From Gemmatimonadota bacterium (GTDB lineage Bacteria > Gemmatimonadota > Gemmatimonadetes > Palauibacterales > Palauibacteraceae): a stretch of 20,578 nucleotides of DNA. The notes below the pieces were generated by a model. It had not been told where the DNA came from, did not search any database, and was given only the letters and a program-made list of their open reading frames with translations. This document shows positions 1-7,811 of this stretch, in pieces. Numbering within the stretch: position 1 is the first letter of the stretch; the number at the start of each line of letters is the position of its first letter. The DNA lies in the NCBI GenBank assembly GCA_039588275.1, contig JBDHAC010000062.1, positions 1 to 20,578 of the forward strand, given 5' to 3'. A program made the position numbers and the translations under genes.

Positions 1-870
1 GTCGTCCTCGAGACTCCGCACGAATAGCTGATATGGCCGGCCGCGCTGTGTCAGGAATGCGATCCGTTCCCCTTGAGGCGACCAATCGGCCTCGAAGACG
101 CCTCGGGAAAGCTCGGGAAGCTCGAGGTCTCGAGTCTCGCTCGTGGTCAGGTTCGTGATTCGGAGCGTGTCCGATCGCTCCGCCCAAGAGAGCACTCTCT
201 CCCCATCCGGTGCCCAGCGACCCAACGCAGATCCCAGAACACGGCGTGCGCCACCGCCATTGCGGGATGAGACGTAGAGGTGGGAGTCCCAAGCCCCGGA
301 GGGGGTCCGTGCATTGCTCCGCAACGCGGAATACAAGAGATGCGACCCGCTTGGTGACCATTCCAATGTGAGGAATTCCAGAGCGGAATCGATCACGACT
401 GGAGGGCCGCCCTCGAGTTCCCGCACAGTTAGCTCCCCCGTCTGCCCCACTACGTACGCAAGGCTCCGTCCATCCGGAGAGATCGCGGCTCTGAGAGCGT
501 CACCGAGGAACGTGAGCTGTTCCTGACGCACGGGAGAGAGGGCTCGTCGGCGAGCGCCGACCTCTGCCCCGTCATCCGGACTGGCGACCCAAACGCTCGT
601 GACGCCCATCAGCAGCAACCCGAGTATGATCAGAGCTTCGAGGGCGCTGATGCGCTGTCGGCCTCGCTCCCCGTGATACCAGGCGAGCACAAGCGTGATG
701 AAGAACCCGATCACGACCACAAGCGTAAGGCTGCGAACCAGTGCTGCCGACCAGCCAAAGTTCTCGCGAAGGAAGTCCAGCACCTGGAGAGTGACCCACC
801 CCACGGCCAGGTAGGCGAGGGCCCACTGCCCGAGCTTTCGTTGCTTCAGGCGTTGAAAAAAGGATGACAC
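1..870 (-). CDS. Membrane-anchored TolB-like/PD40 beta-propeller protein (3' end outside window)
   Basis: Hand translation: GTG at 870 with GGGAGA RBS upstream, open to position 1 (290 codons, no stop). N-terminus MSSFFQRLKQRKLGQWALAYLAVGWVTLQVLDFL...LVLAWYHGERG with about 3 TM helices, then PD40-type repeats AISPDGRSLAYV, EWSPSGSHLLYS, RWAPDGERVLSW, DWSPQGERIAFL. Confidence 0.85.
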   Translation of the reverse strand, partial: MSSFFQRLKQRKLGQWALAYLAVGWVTLQVLDFLRENFGWSAALVRSLTLVVVIGFFITLVLAWYHGERGRQRISALEALIILGLLLMGVTSVWVASPDDGAEVGARRRALSPVRQEQLTFLGDALRAAISPDGRSLAYVVGQTGELTVRELEGGPPVVIDSALEFLTLEWSPSGSHLLYSALRSNARTPSGAWDSHLYVSSRNGGGARRVLGSALGRWAPDGERVLSWAERSDTLRITNLTTSETRDLELPELSRGVFEADWSPQGERIAFLTQRGRPYQLFVRSLEDD

Positions 871-1022
871 GTGAAGTCTCCCGGCATCAGCTTATGAGAT
901 GGGCCTGACCGTCAGCTCGCAGGCCAAGAAAAGCTACGAACGCGGGTATTGGGAGCAAAGCGACCGGTTTAACCCTCTCCAACCGGCCCTCGGGCAGACT
1001 GCTGGATAGGTCCCAGATGCAC

Positions 1023-1048
1023 GAAAGCCCGCGTGGTTGCGGGCTTTC
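1023..1048 (-). terminator. Probable intrinsic terminator hairpin after tRNA-Pro(GGG)
   Basis: Perfect 10-bp inverted repeat GAAAGCCCGC-N6-GCGGGCTTTC starting 6 nt past the tRNA 3' end; only a short U run (TTT). Confidence 0.7.
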
Positions 1049-1054
1049 TGCTAA

Positions 1055-1128
1055 TCGGGGCGGCGAGATTCGAACTCGCGACCTCCTGAACCCCATTCAG
1101 GCGCGCTACCGGGCTGCGCCACGCCCCG
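1055..1128 (-). tRNA. tRNA-Pro(GGG)
   Basis: Reverse complement folds as cloverleaf: acceptor CGGGGCG/CGCCCCG, anticodon arm CCTGA-ATGGGGT-TCAGG, T loop GTTCGAATC; CCA not encoded. Confidence 0.97.
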
Positions 1129-1140
1129 ATGTCGGCGACG

Positions 1141-1170
1141 ACGTTAGGCTTGTTACGCCTGTACCGTCAA
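1141..1170 (-). promoter_or_regulatory. Candidate sigma70 promoter for tRNA-Pro(GGG)
   Basis: Minus strand TTGACG-N18-TAACGT ending 12 nt upstream of the tRNA 5' end. Confidence 0.55.
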
Positions 1171-1229
1171 TGTTATCGCGGTGGGAGAGTCGGCGCTGGT
1201 GCCGGCCGATCCTCGACCGCAGCGGCGCT

Positions 1230-1490
1230 CTAGGCGCCGCTACCCGCGAGCTTGTTGTACAACCACGCCAGGATGATGCCGCCTATGAAGCCATCCACGA
1301 GCGCGTACAGCGTCCCCACGAGAACCGAGCCGAATCCGCCGACTTCGTACCCCGGATAGATCGACGCGGACATCTCGAGAAAAGCCACGCCGTAGCCGGG
1401 CCAGATCACGTTCCCCAGCCCGATGAGCAACACACAGGCGCCCCACAACAACCCACATGCGATCCCGAAAGCCTTCATGTTCAAGTTCAC
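1230..1490 (-). CDS. Small membrane protein (86 aa, 2-3 TM), resembles proteins often annotated as holin-like
   Basis: GTG start with strong RBS AAGGAGG; hydrophobic segments AFGIACGLLWGACVLLIGLG and SVLVGTLYALVDGFIGGIILAWLYN flanking a SIYPGY loop. Function not established. Confidence 0.8.
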   Translation of the reverse strand: MNLNMKAFGIACGLLWGACVLLIGLGNVIWPGYGVAFLEMSASIYPGYEVGGFGSVLVGTLYALVDGFIGGIILAWLYNKLAGSGA

Positions 1491-1541
1491 GGCTTCCTCC
1501 TTAGGTGCAGATGAACCTGCGCGAGTGGAGTTGGAGGAGAG

Positions 1542-1615
1542 TCGGGGCGCCCGGATTTGAACCGGGGACCTCTGCGTCCCGAACGCAGCGCTCTACCGGA
1601 CTGAGCCACGCCCCG
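1542..1615 (-). tRNA. tRNA-Pro(CGG)
   Basis: Cloverleaf; anticodon arm CTGCG-TTCGGGA-CGCAG; T loop GTTCAAATC; CCA not encoded. Confidence 0.97.
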
Positions 1616-1680
1616 AATTGTAGAAGCCCACGGCGAGCCATCGAGGCCCCAGCGAGCTTTAGCCCGAGCGAGTCGGGCCA

Positions 1681-1753
1681 AGCGGGTGACCGGATTCGAA
1701 CCGGCGACCTCAACCTTGGCAAGGTTGCGCTCTGCCAGCTGAGCTACACCCGC
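1681..1753 (-). tRNA. tRNA-Gly(GCC)
   Basis: Cloverleaf; acceptor GCGGGTG/CACCCGC, discriminator U; anticodon arm CAACC-TTGCCAA-GGTTG. Confidence 0.97.
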
Positions 1754-1756
1754 GAG

Positions 1757-1828
1757 AGCCACCGGTCGGATTTGAACCGACGACCGCTCGATTACGAATC
1801 GAGTGCTCTACCCCTGAGCTACGGTGGC
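1757..1828 (-). tRNA. tRNA-Thr(CGT)
   Basis: Cloverleaf; acceptor GCCACCG/CGGTGGC; anticodon arm CTCGA-TTCGTAA-TCGAG. Confidence 0.97.
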
Positions 1829-1909
1829 GTTCTTCCCGTTTCTTCTGTCCCCCCGCGGGCTCGGCGCGAGTCCTCGGGAAGGACGCGACCTACCGCTGAA
1901 GGGGTGGAG

Positions 1910-1983
1910 TGGAGCCGGCGGGACTCGAACCCGCGACCTCTTGAGTGCGATTCAAGCGCTCTCCCAGACTGAGCTACGGCCCC
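1910..1983 (-). tRNA. tRNA-Ala(CGC)
   Basis: Cloverleaf; acceptor GGGGCCG/CGGCTCC with the G3:U70 alanine determinant; anticodon arm CTTGA-ATCGCAC-TCAAG. Confidence 0.97.
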
Positions 1984-2039
1984 CGGTGCTGACTAGCGGC
2001 CCCGACCACGCGCGGCGCAATCGGGGGTCCTGCGTAGAA

Positions 2040-2114
2040 CGGGGCTGACGGGACTCGAACCCGCGACCTCCGGTGTGACAGACCGGCACTCTGACCAAAC
2101 TGAGCTACAGCCCC
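2040..2114 (-). tRNA. tRNA-Asp(GTC)
   Basis: Cloverleaf; acceptor GGGGCTG/CAGCCCC, discriminator G; anticodon arm CCGGT-CTGTCAC-ACCGG. Confidence 0.97.
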
Positions 2115-2138
2115 CTGGGCGCTTCGGCCCCTTCCGAG

Positions 2139-2212
<74 letters not shown>

Positions 2213-2262
2213 CAGAGAATGAAACGCGAGCGAGCCCCTTCGGCCCCGCTCGCGGCGCGCAC

Positions 2263-2291
2263 AACGTAGCCGAAGCGTCCGTGAGGGTCAA
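2263..2291 (-). promoter_or_regulatory. Candidate sigma70 promoter of the tRNA array
   Basis: Minus strand TTGACC-N17-TACGTT, 50 nt upstream of tRNA-Val, with an AT-rich patch (TATATTA) just upstream of the -35. Confidence 0.65.
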
Positions 2292-2348
2292 GGTAATATA
2301 GCCCCTTTCGGGCCCCCTCGGCGCCCCCCGTGGCCCGCCTCCCCGAGG

Positions 2349-3566
2349 TCACGCGAGGGCCGCGACGACGCGGTCACGCTCGGGCTCGCTCAGGTGCGCG
2401 AACACCGGCAGGCTCAAGACTTCCCTCGCCGCCCGCTCGGCCTCCGGGAACGCTCCCGCTCCATACCCCAGGTGCGCGAGCGCGTCGAGTCGGTGGAGCG
2501 GTGCCGGGTAATAGACGCCGTATCCGATGCCGGCGTCTCGCAGCCGCGCCGCGACCTCGTCCCGGTCCGCGCAACGCACCGTATACTGATGATAGATGTG
2601 TCGGTTCCCCGTCCCTTCGGTGGGCGGAGTGATTCCCTCCGCCGACGAGAGCGCGGCCGAGTACGCGGTCGCGTGCCCGCGGCGGCGGTCGTTCCACTCA
2701 TCGAGCTTCCCGAGCTTGACCATGAGCACCGCGGCCTGCACCGCGTCGAGCCTGCTGTTGAACCCGATCTCCGTGTGCTCGGGTGACCCCGTCCAGCGGC
2801 CCGGTTCGCGCAGAGTGCGAATGCGAGCCGCGATCCGAGCGTCGTTCGTGGTCACGAGCCCGCCATCCCCGATCCCCGCAAGGTTCTTGGTGGGATAGAA
2901 GGAGAAGCAGCCTGTCGCGCCCGACGCGCCGGCGCGCCTCGCACCCCCCTCGCTGCCGGGCGTCCTCGACGCGCTCAATGTCTGGGACGCGCCCAAAGCC
3001 TGGGCCGCGTCCTCCACGATCGCGAGGCCGTGACGCGCCGCGACCGCATCGAGCGGGGCCATGTCAGCCATCTGTCCGAACAGATGCACGGGCATGATCG
3101 CGGCGGTGGAAGCTGTGATCGCCGCTTCGGCCGCCGCGGGATCCAGGTTTAGGGTCGCAGGATCGATGTCGGCGAGGACGGGAGTCGCGCCGGTCTGCAT
3201 GATGGATCCGGCCGTCGCCACGAAGCTGAACGCCGGTGCGACGACCTCATCCCCGTGGCCGATGCCCACAGCCTCGAGCGACAACCGCAAGGCATCGGTG
3301 CCGCTCGCCACTCCCACCGCCTCGCGCACACCCACATACTCGGCCACGGCGGACTCGAATCGCTCCACCGTTTCCCCGAGCACGAAAAGCCCGGATTCGA
3401 GAACGTTCGCGAGTGCGGCGTCGATCGCCTCGCGCAGCTCGTGGTACTCGCGTGCCGGGGCGATAAGCGGGACACCGACCGGGTTGTTCACCACGACTTG
3501 CGCGTCCGGGCTCTCAACGCTCGCAGCTCCTCCTTCGTCGCCATCTGTAACCGTTCGTCCACCCAT
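2349..3566 (-). CDS. DegT/DnrJ/EryC1/StrS family PLP-dependent sugar aminotransferase
   Basis: Motifs VASGTDAL, PVHLFGQ, IVEDAAQA, FSFYPTKNL (PLP lysine), GFNSRLD, SLPVF. Start moved from 3773 to ATG 3566 to avoid overlap with actA; exact start uncertain. Confidence 0.92.
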   Translation of the reverse strand: MGGRTVTDGDEGGAASVESPDAQVVVNNPVGVPLIAPAREYHELREAIDAALANVLESGLFVLGETVERFESAVAEYVGVREAVGVASGTDALRLSLEAVGIGHGDEVVAPAFSFVATAGSIMQTGATPVLADIDPATLNLDPAAAEAAITASTAAIMPVHLFGQMADMAPLDAVAARHGLAIVEDAAQALGASQTLSASRTPGSEGGARRAGASGATGCFSFYPTKNLAGIGDGGLVTTNDARIAARIRTLREPGRWTGSPEHTEIGFNSRLDAVQAAVLMVKLGKLDEWNDRRRGHATAYSAALSSAEGITPPTEGTGNRHIYHQYTVRCADRDEVAARLRDAGIGYGVYYPAPLHRLDALAHLGYGAGAFPEAERAAREVLSLPVFAHLSEPERDRVVAALA

Positions 3567-3623
3567 CGTAGACCACCGCCTCGAGGGTCCGAAAGTGCTC
3601 GCATTCCGCACGCCGTCGCCCGC

Positions 3624-3684
3624 TTGCGTCGCGGGGGCGGCGTGATAGCTTGTGGCCGATCCGACGCCCCGGTCGTGGTAGCAT
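3624..3684 (+). promoter_or_regulatory. Candidate sigma70-type promoter(s) for the act operon
   Basis: TTGCGT-N16-TAGCTT with extended -10 TG (3624-3651) and a second TGnTAGCAT (3676-3684) in the divergent intergenic region. Confidence 0.35.
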
Positions 3685-3739
3685 GGACGCGTCGGCGCAC
3701 GATCGTCAGGTGTCGGCTCAACCCTCCGAAGCGAGGCGG

Positions 3740-4567
3740 ATGAGACAACCCTACCGGTTCGCGGCAACGTCAATTATCGGGCTCGGCGCAATCACCGCGA
3801 CGCTTTCACTGAGCGGCTGCGGTGGCTCCAATCCAGCGCTAGCCGAGTCTGTCGAGCCTGCGGACGCCCCCGCGGAAGCTACCGCTCAGGAGGCACAGGA
3901 GTCCGAGGAGGTCGGCGCCGGCGAGGGCCAGACGGCCGAGGCGGCGGCGCAGTTTCAGGCGGAGCAGCTGACGCAGCAGCAGGAGCCCCAGTGGCTCGCC
4001 ATCGATGCGCACAACGAAGCCACGCGCGGACCCGTCCAGCCGATCCCGTTCAACCACCGCTTCCACTCCACCGACCTCGAGATCGACTGTAATTATTGCC
4101 ACATCGGAACCGAGAGCTCGGGCGCCGGCGTCATCCCTTCACTGGAACTATGTATGGGCTGTCACCGGATCGCGGGCTCCGGCCTCCCGCCGGTCGAGCA
4201 GCTGCGCGGCTTCGCGAGTCTCGGACAGCCGATCCCGTGGGAGTGGGTCAACAAGGTCCCCGAGTTCGTGCAGTTCAGCCACCAGCCTCACATTCGGAGC
4301 GCCATCGACTGCACCGAGTGTCACGGCCCCGTCGAGGAGATGGACCGGGTCTACCAGTGGGCTCCGTTTACCATGGGCTGGTGTCTCGAATGTCACCGGC
4401 AGGAGCCGGCGGACACGGATGTGGCGACCGACAACCTTCTGACCCGACAATATCCGCCGCCGCAGCCCCCCGAGGAGCTGCAGCCACACAGCCTTTACCC
4501 GCGTGGGCTCGATTCGGAGTACGGCGCCACGCGAGGACCGACCGACCGTGCGGCCTGTCACTACTGA
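3740..4567 (+). CDS. actA: Alternative complex III multiheme cytochrome c subunit ActA (cytochrome c3 family), predicted lipoprotein
   Basis: ATG 3740 after GAGG; lipobox LSGC; PVQPIPFNHRFH, heme motifs CNYCH, CMGCH, CTECH, MGWCLECH; last motif reads RAACHY. First gene of the actB-F run. Confidence 0.92.
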   Translation: MRQPYRFAATSIIGLGAITATLSLSGCGGSNPALAESVEPADAPAEATAQEAQESEEVGAGEGQTAEAAAQFQAEQLTQQQEPQWLAIDAHNEATRGPVQPIPFNHRFHSTDLEIDCNYCHIGTESSGAGVIPSLELCMGCHRIAGSGLPPVEQLRGFASLGQPIPWEWVNKVPEFVQFSHQPHIRSAIDCTECHGPVEEMDRVYQWAPFTMGWCLECHRQEPADTDVATDNLLTRQYPPPQPPEELQPHSLYPRGLDSEYGATRGPTDRAACHY

Positions 4568-7500
4568 GCCCGGCGTCGGGTCCGAGGGACGCGAGACGTC
4601 CGGAGCCGCCACCGAAGGTGGGTGCGGCTGCGGTGCGAGTGGCTGCGGCGATGCCGTAAACGCGGGGGCGAACGGAGCGGCGGGCGAATCCGGCGCCGGG
4701 GGCACGAACCGCCGCGATTTCCTGAAGGTCCTGGGTGTGGGCGGTGTCGGAGCGGCGGCGACGGCTTGTGGCCCGCCGCACTTCGCGGACAAGCTGCTCC
4801 CGCGTCTCGTGCAGGAGCAGGAGATCATCCCCGGCGTGAGCGACACGTACGCCACGGTGCTCTCGGACGCGGGCCCCGAGCCGCTGGCCATCCACGCGAG
4901 CGTGCGAGATGGGCGCGTCCTCAAGCTGGAGGGCAATCCGGACTTCCCCACCAACCGGGGCCGGCTATCCGCAATCGCGCAGTCCGCCCTCCAGGATCTG
5001 TACGACCCGGATCGAGTGCCCAACCCGCGGCGCCGCACGACGGGTGGCACGGGGGCAGAAGGCACCGAAGGCGAGGCTGGCGAAGCGGCCGCGGCCCAGT
5101 TCCAGGACGCGACCTGGGATGAGGCCATCGCCGCGCTGAGTGCCGCGCTTCAGCAGGGCGGCGCTACCATCCTGCTCACCGGGGCGGTGACGGGCACCGC
5201 GAGCGATTTCTACGGGCAATGGGCCACCGCGATGGGTGGGGAGCACGTCGCGTTCGAGACCTTCGACTACAGCGCGCTGAGGGGAGCGCATCTGGCGGTC
5301 TTCGGGCGGGACGTGATCCCGCACTACGACTTGGCCGCCGCCGACCGGATCGTGAGCTTCGGGGCCGACTTCCTGGGCACCTGGCTCGCCCCCGTGGAGC
5401 TCTCGGCCGGGTTCAGCGCCGCGCGCGACATCGAAGCGGGGCGGCACGCGAAGTTCACCTTCGTGGGCCCGCGTCTCTCGCTCACGGGCACGAACGCGGA
5501 CGATTGGATCGAGGCGCGCGCCGGGACCGAGGGCGCCGTGGCGCTCGCGGTGGCCAGCGTCGTCGCACAGCAGCGAGGCATGGCGCCTCCCAGCGGAGTC
5601 GCACAGTTCACGCCCGAGTCGGTCGCCGAGGCCACGGGGGTGGACGCCGAAAGGATCCGGAGCCTGGGAGAGGAGCTGGCGGCCGCCTCCGCACCGATCG
5701 CGATGCCGCCCGGCGTCGAGGCACAGGGACCGGACGCGTTCGAAGCCCACGCGGCGGTCGCGACCCTGAACCAGCTGCTGGGCGCCGAGGGGCGGGCGCT
5801 GCACCTCGACGGCGGGCCCAACCGTGGCGCGACCGCCTCGTTCGCCGACGTGATGACGCTCATCCGCCGGATGCGCGGTGGCCAGGTGCGCACGCTGATC
5901 GTGGCTGGCACGAACCCGGTCTTCGGTCTTCCCGCGGCGGCCGCTTTCCGCGAGGCACTCGCCAACGTGCCGAACGTGTTCGCGCTCTCGTCGCACATGG
6001 ACGAGACGGCGGCCGCCGCCGGCTGGGTGCTCCCGACGCATCACGCGCTCGAGTCGTGGGGGGATGCGGAACCGCGCACTGGCGTGTTCGCGCTCGGGCA
6101 GCCGCTCATGAACCCCATCTTCGATACGCGCCAGCGCGAGGACATCCTGCTCCAGGTCGCGACCATCACCGGAGCGGGTGACGCTTTCGGCGCCGCCGAT
6201 TACGCGACCTACCTCCGGAACGCCTGGGGCGCGCGGGTCGGCGACGAGGCAGGATGGCTGGACGCGCTGCGGGGAGGCGGCGTGTACGATGCCGCGGGGG
6301 CCGACGAGGCCGACGGTACCTCGGCGGCGGAGGTCGCGGCCGCCTTGTACGCCGCCTCTGCAAGGCAGGCAGCCGCGGCCCGAGTCGCGACGAGCGCCCC
6401 CCCGACCGGGACCCCGTCGTTCTCCCAGCCCTCGCCGCGGAGCGGGACGCAGCTGGTCATGTACCCGACCGTCCAGTTCTACGACGGGCGTGGCGCGAAC
6501 CGCTCGTGGATGCAGGAGCTCCCCGACCCGATCACGCGGGCGGTGTGGAACTCCTGGGTCGAGATGCACCCCGACATGGCCGAGAGCCTCGGTGTGGAGC
6601 ACGGGGACGTGGTCGAGATCCGCTCGGAGGCCGGCGCCGTGCAGGCCCCGGTCTTCGTGTATCGTGGAATCCGCTCGGACACGGTCGCGATCCCGATGGG
6701 TCAGGGGCATACGGCCTACGGACGCAACGCGGCCGGGGTCGGCGTAAACCCGCTCGACCTGCTGTCCGCGACAGCCGACCCGAACTCGGGAGCCCTGGCG
6801 TTCGCCGGCACGACGGTTCAGGTCACGTCCACCGGAGAGCACGCGCGCCTCATCCACACCCAGGGGAGCGACACGGACCTCGATCGCGAGATCGCCCTGG
6901 CGCTGAACGTGGATCAGGCGCTGACCGAGATCCAGGAGCACCACGTCGACCTCACCGAGCTGGTCGAGAACGCCTGGGACTCGGATCCCAACAGCCCGTA
7001 CCGCTGGGGGATGACGATCGACCTGAACGCGTGCACCGGATGCGGCGCGTGCGTGACGGCCTGTTACGCGGAGAACAACATCCCGACGGTGGGCGAGGAG
7101 ATGGTGGCGCTGCGGCGCGAGATGTCGTGGATGCGCGTGTACCGCTTCTATGAGGAGACGGCCGACGGCGGCTTCCAAATCGTGCACCAGCCGCAGCTGT
7201 GCCAGCACTGCGGCGATGCGCCGTGCGAGCCCGTGTGTCCGGTGTACGCCACGTATCACAACCCCGAGGGGCTCAACGTCCAGGTCTACAACCGCTGCGT
7301 CGGGACGCGGTATTGCTCGAACAACTGCCCGTACAAGGTCCGGCGCTTCAACTGGTTCGAGTACGAGTTCCCGTATCCGCTGAACCTGCAGCTCAACCCG
7401 GACATCACGGTCCGCAGCAAGGGCGTGATGGAGAAGTGCACGTTCTGCGTACATCGGATCAACCGCGCCAAGCTGGACGCGAAGGAGGAGGGTCGTCCGG

Positions 7501-7811
7501 TGGCCGATGGCGAGGTCACGACCGCATGCCAGCAGGGGTGCCCGGCCAACGCGATCGTGTTCGGGAATCTCAAGGACCCGAACAGCCAGGTGTCTCAGAT
7601 CGCGAGGCGCGCGCGCGGCTATCACCAGCTCGAGGAGCTCGGCACGCGGCCGGCGATCACGTACCTGGCCGATGTGACGCACGCCGAGCTGGCCGACACG
7701 GGTCACGGCGAAGAGCACGCCGACGAGGAGGATCACTCGGCCGAGGGCGCCGCTGAGGGCGCGGCCGAGGGCACGGCCGAGGGCTCGGCCGGAGAGGGTG
7801 AGGAGCACTGA
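4548..7811 (+). CDS. actB: Alternative complex III subunit ActB (molybdopterin-oxidoreductase-like domain fused to Fe-S domain), TAT lipoprotein
   Basis: NRRDFLK twin-arginine motif then AATAC; KLEGNP...QDLYDPDR; no FS0 cysteines; C-terminal CTGCGACVTAC, CQHCGDAPCEPVCP, CVGTRYCSNNCP, CTFC...CQQGCP. Start uncertain: GTG 4548 (GAGGA upstream) is the last ATG/GTG in frame before the RR motif; GTG 4503 is the alternative. Confidence 0.93.
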   Translation: MRPVTTEPGVGSEGRETSGAATEGGCGCGASGCGDAVNAGANGAAGESGAGGTNRRDFLKVLGVGGVGAAATACGPPHFADKLLPRLVQEQEIIPGVSDTYATVLSDAGPEPLAIHASVRDGRVLKLEGNPDFPTNRGRLSAIAQSALQDLYDPDRVPNPRRRTTGGTGAEGTEGEAGEAAAAQFQDATWDEAIAALSAALQQGGATILLTGAVTGTASDFYGQWATAMGGEHVAFETFDYSALRGAHLAVFGRDVIPHYDLAAADRIVSFGADFLGTWLAPVELSAGFSAARDIEAGRHAKFTFVGPRLSLTGTNADDWIEARAGTEGAVALAVASVVAQQRGMAPPSGVAQFTPESVAEATGVDAERIRSLGEELAAASAPIAMPPGVEAQGPDAFEAHAAVATLNQLLGAEGRALHLDGGPNRGATASFADVMTLIRRMRGGQVRTLIVAGTNPVFGLPAAAAFREALANVPNVFALSSHMDETAAAAGWVLPTHHALESWGDAEPRTGVFALGQPLMNPIFDTRQREDILLQVATITGAGDAFGAADYATYLRNAWGARVGDEAGWLDALRGGGVYDAAGADEADGTSAAEVAAALYAASARQAAAARVATSAPPTGTPSFSQPSPRSGTQLVMYPTVQFYDGRGANRSWMQELPDPITRAVWNSWVEMHPDMAESLGVEHGDVVEIRSEAGAVQAPVFVYRGIRSDTVAIPMGQGHTAYGRNAAGVGVNPLDLLSATADPNSGALAFAGTTVQVTSTGEHARLIHTQGSDTDLDREIALALNVDQALTEIQEHHVDLTELVENAWDSDPNSPYRWGMTIDLNACTGCGACVTACYAENNIPTVGEEMVALRREMSWMRVYRFYEETADGGFQIVHQPQLCQHCGDAPCEPVCPVYATYHNPEGLNVQVYNRCVGTRYCSNNCPYKVRRFNWFEYEFPYPLNLQLNPDITVRSKGVMEKCTFCVHRINRAKLDAKEEGRPVADGEVTTACQQGCPANAIVFGNLKDPNSQVSQIARRARGYHQLEELGTRPAITYLADVTHAELADTGHGEEHADEEDHSAEGAAEGAAEGTAEGSAGEGEEH
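7740..7787 (+). repeat. Four tandem 12-bp coding repeats (AEGA/AEGT/AEGS) in the ActB tail
   Basis: GCCGAGGGCGCC GCTGAGGGCGCG GCCGAGGGCACG GCCGAGGGCTCG. Confidence 0.85.

Noticed and set aside
73..867. Short ORFs 73..270, 314..526, 572..826, 673..867
   Set aside because: Explained by the longer minus-strand frame 870..1, which has coherent TM and PD40 motifs.
1230..1490. Prophage remnant suggested by holin-like ORF
   Set aside because: No endolysin, integrase or structural genes in the window.
887..2048. ORFs 887..1096, 1017..1514, 1487..1762, 1501..1722, 1505..1972, 1824..2048
   Set aside because: They are translations of tRNA genes and spacers.
1921..2070. Exact repeat GGACTCGAACCCGCGACCTC at 1921 and 2051 as CRISPR repeat or att site
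   Set aside because: It is the shared T-arm/variable loop of tRNA-Ala and tRNA-Asp; no spacer array, cas gene or integrase.
4965..7808. 947-aa minus-strand ORF and other long antisense or alternate-frame ORFs over the act and qrc-like genes
   Set aside because: Shadow frames of high-GC3 genes; Arg/Gly/Pro-rich, no motifs, fully overlap well-supported CDSs.
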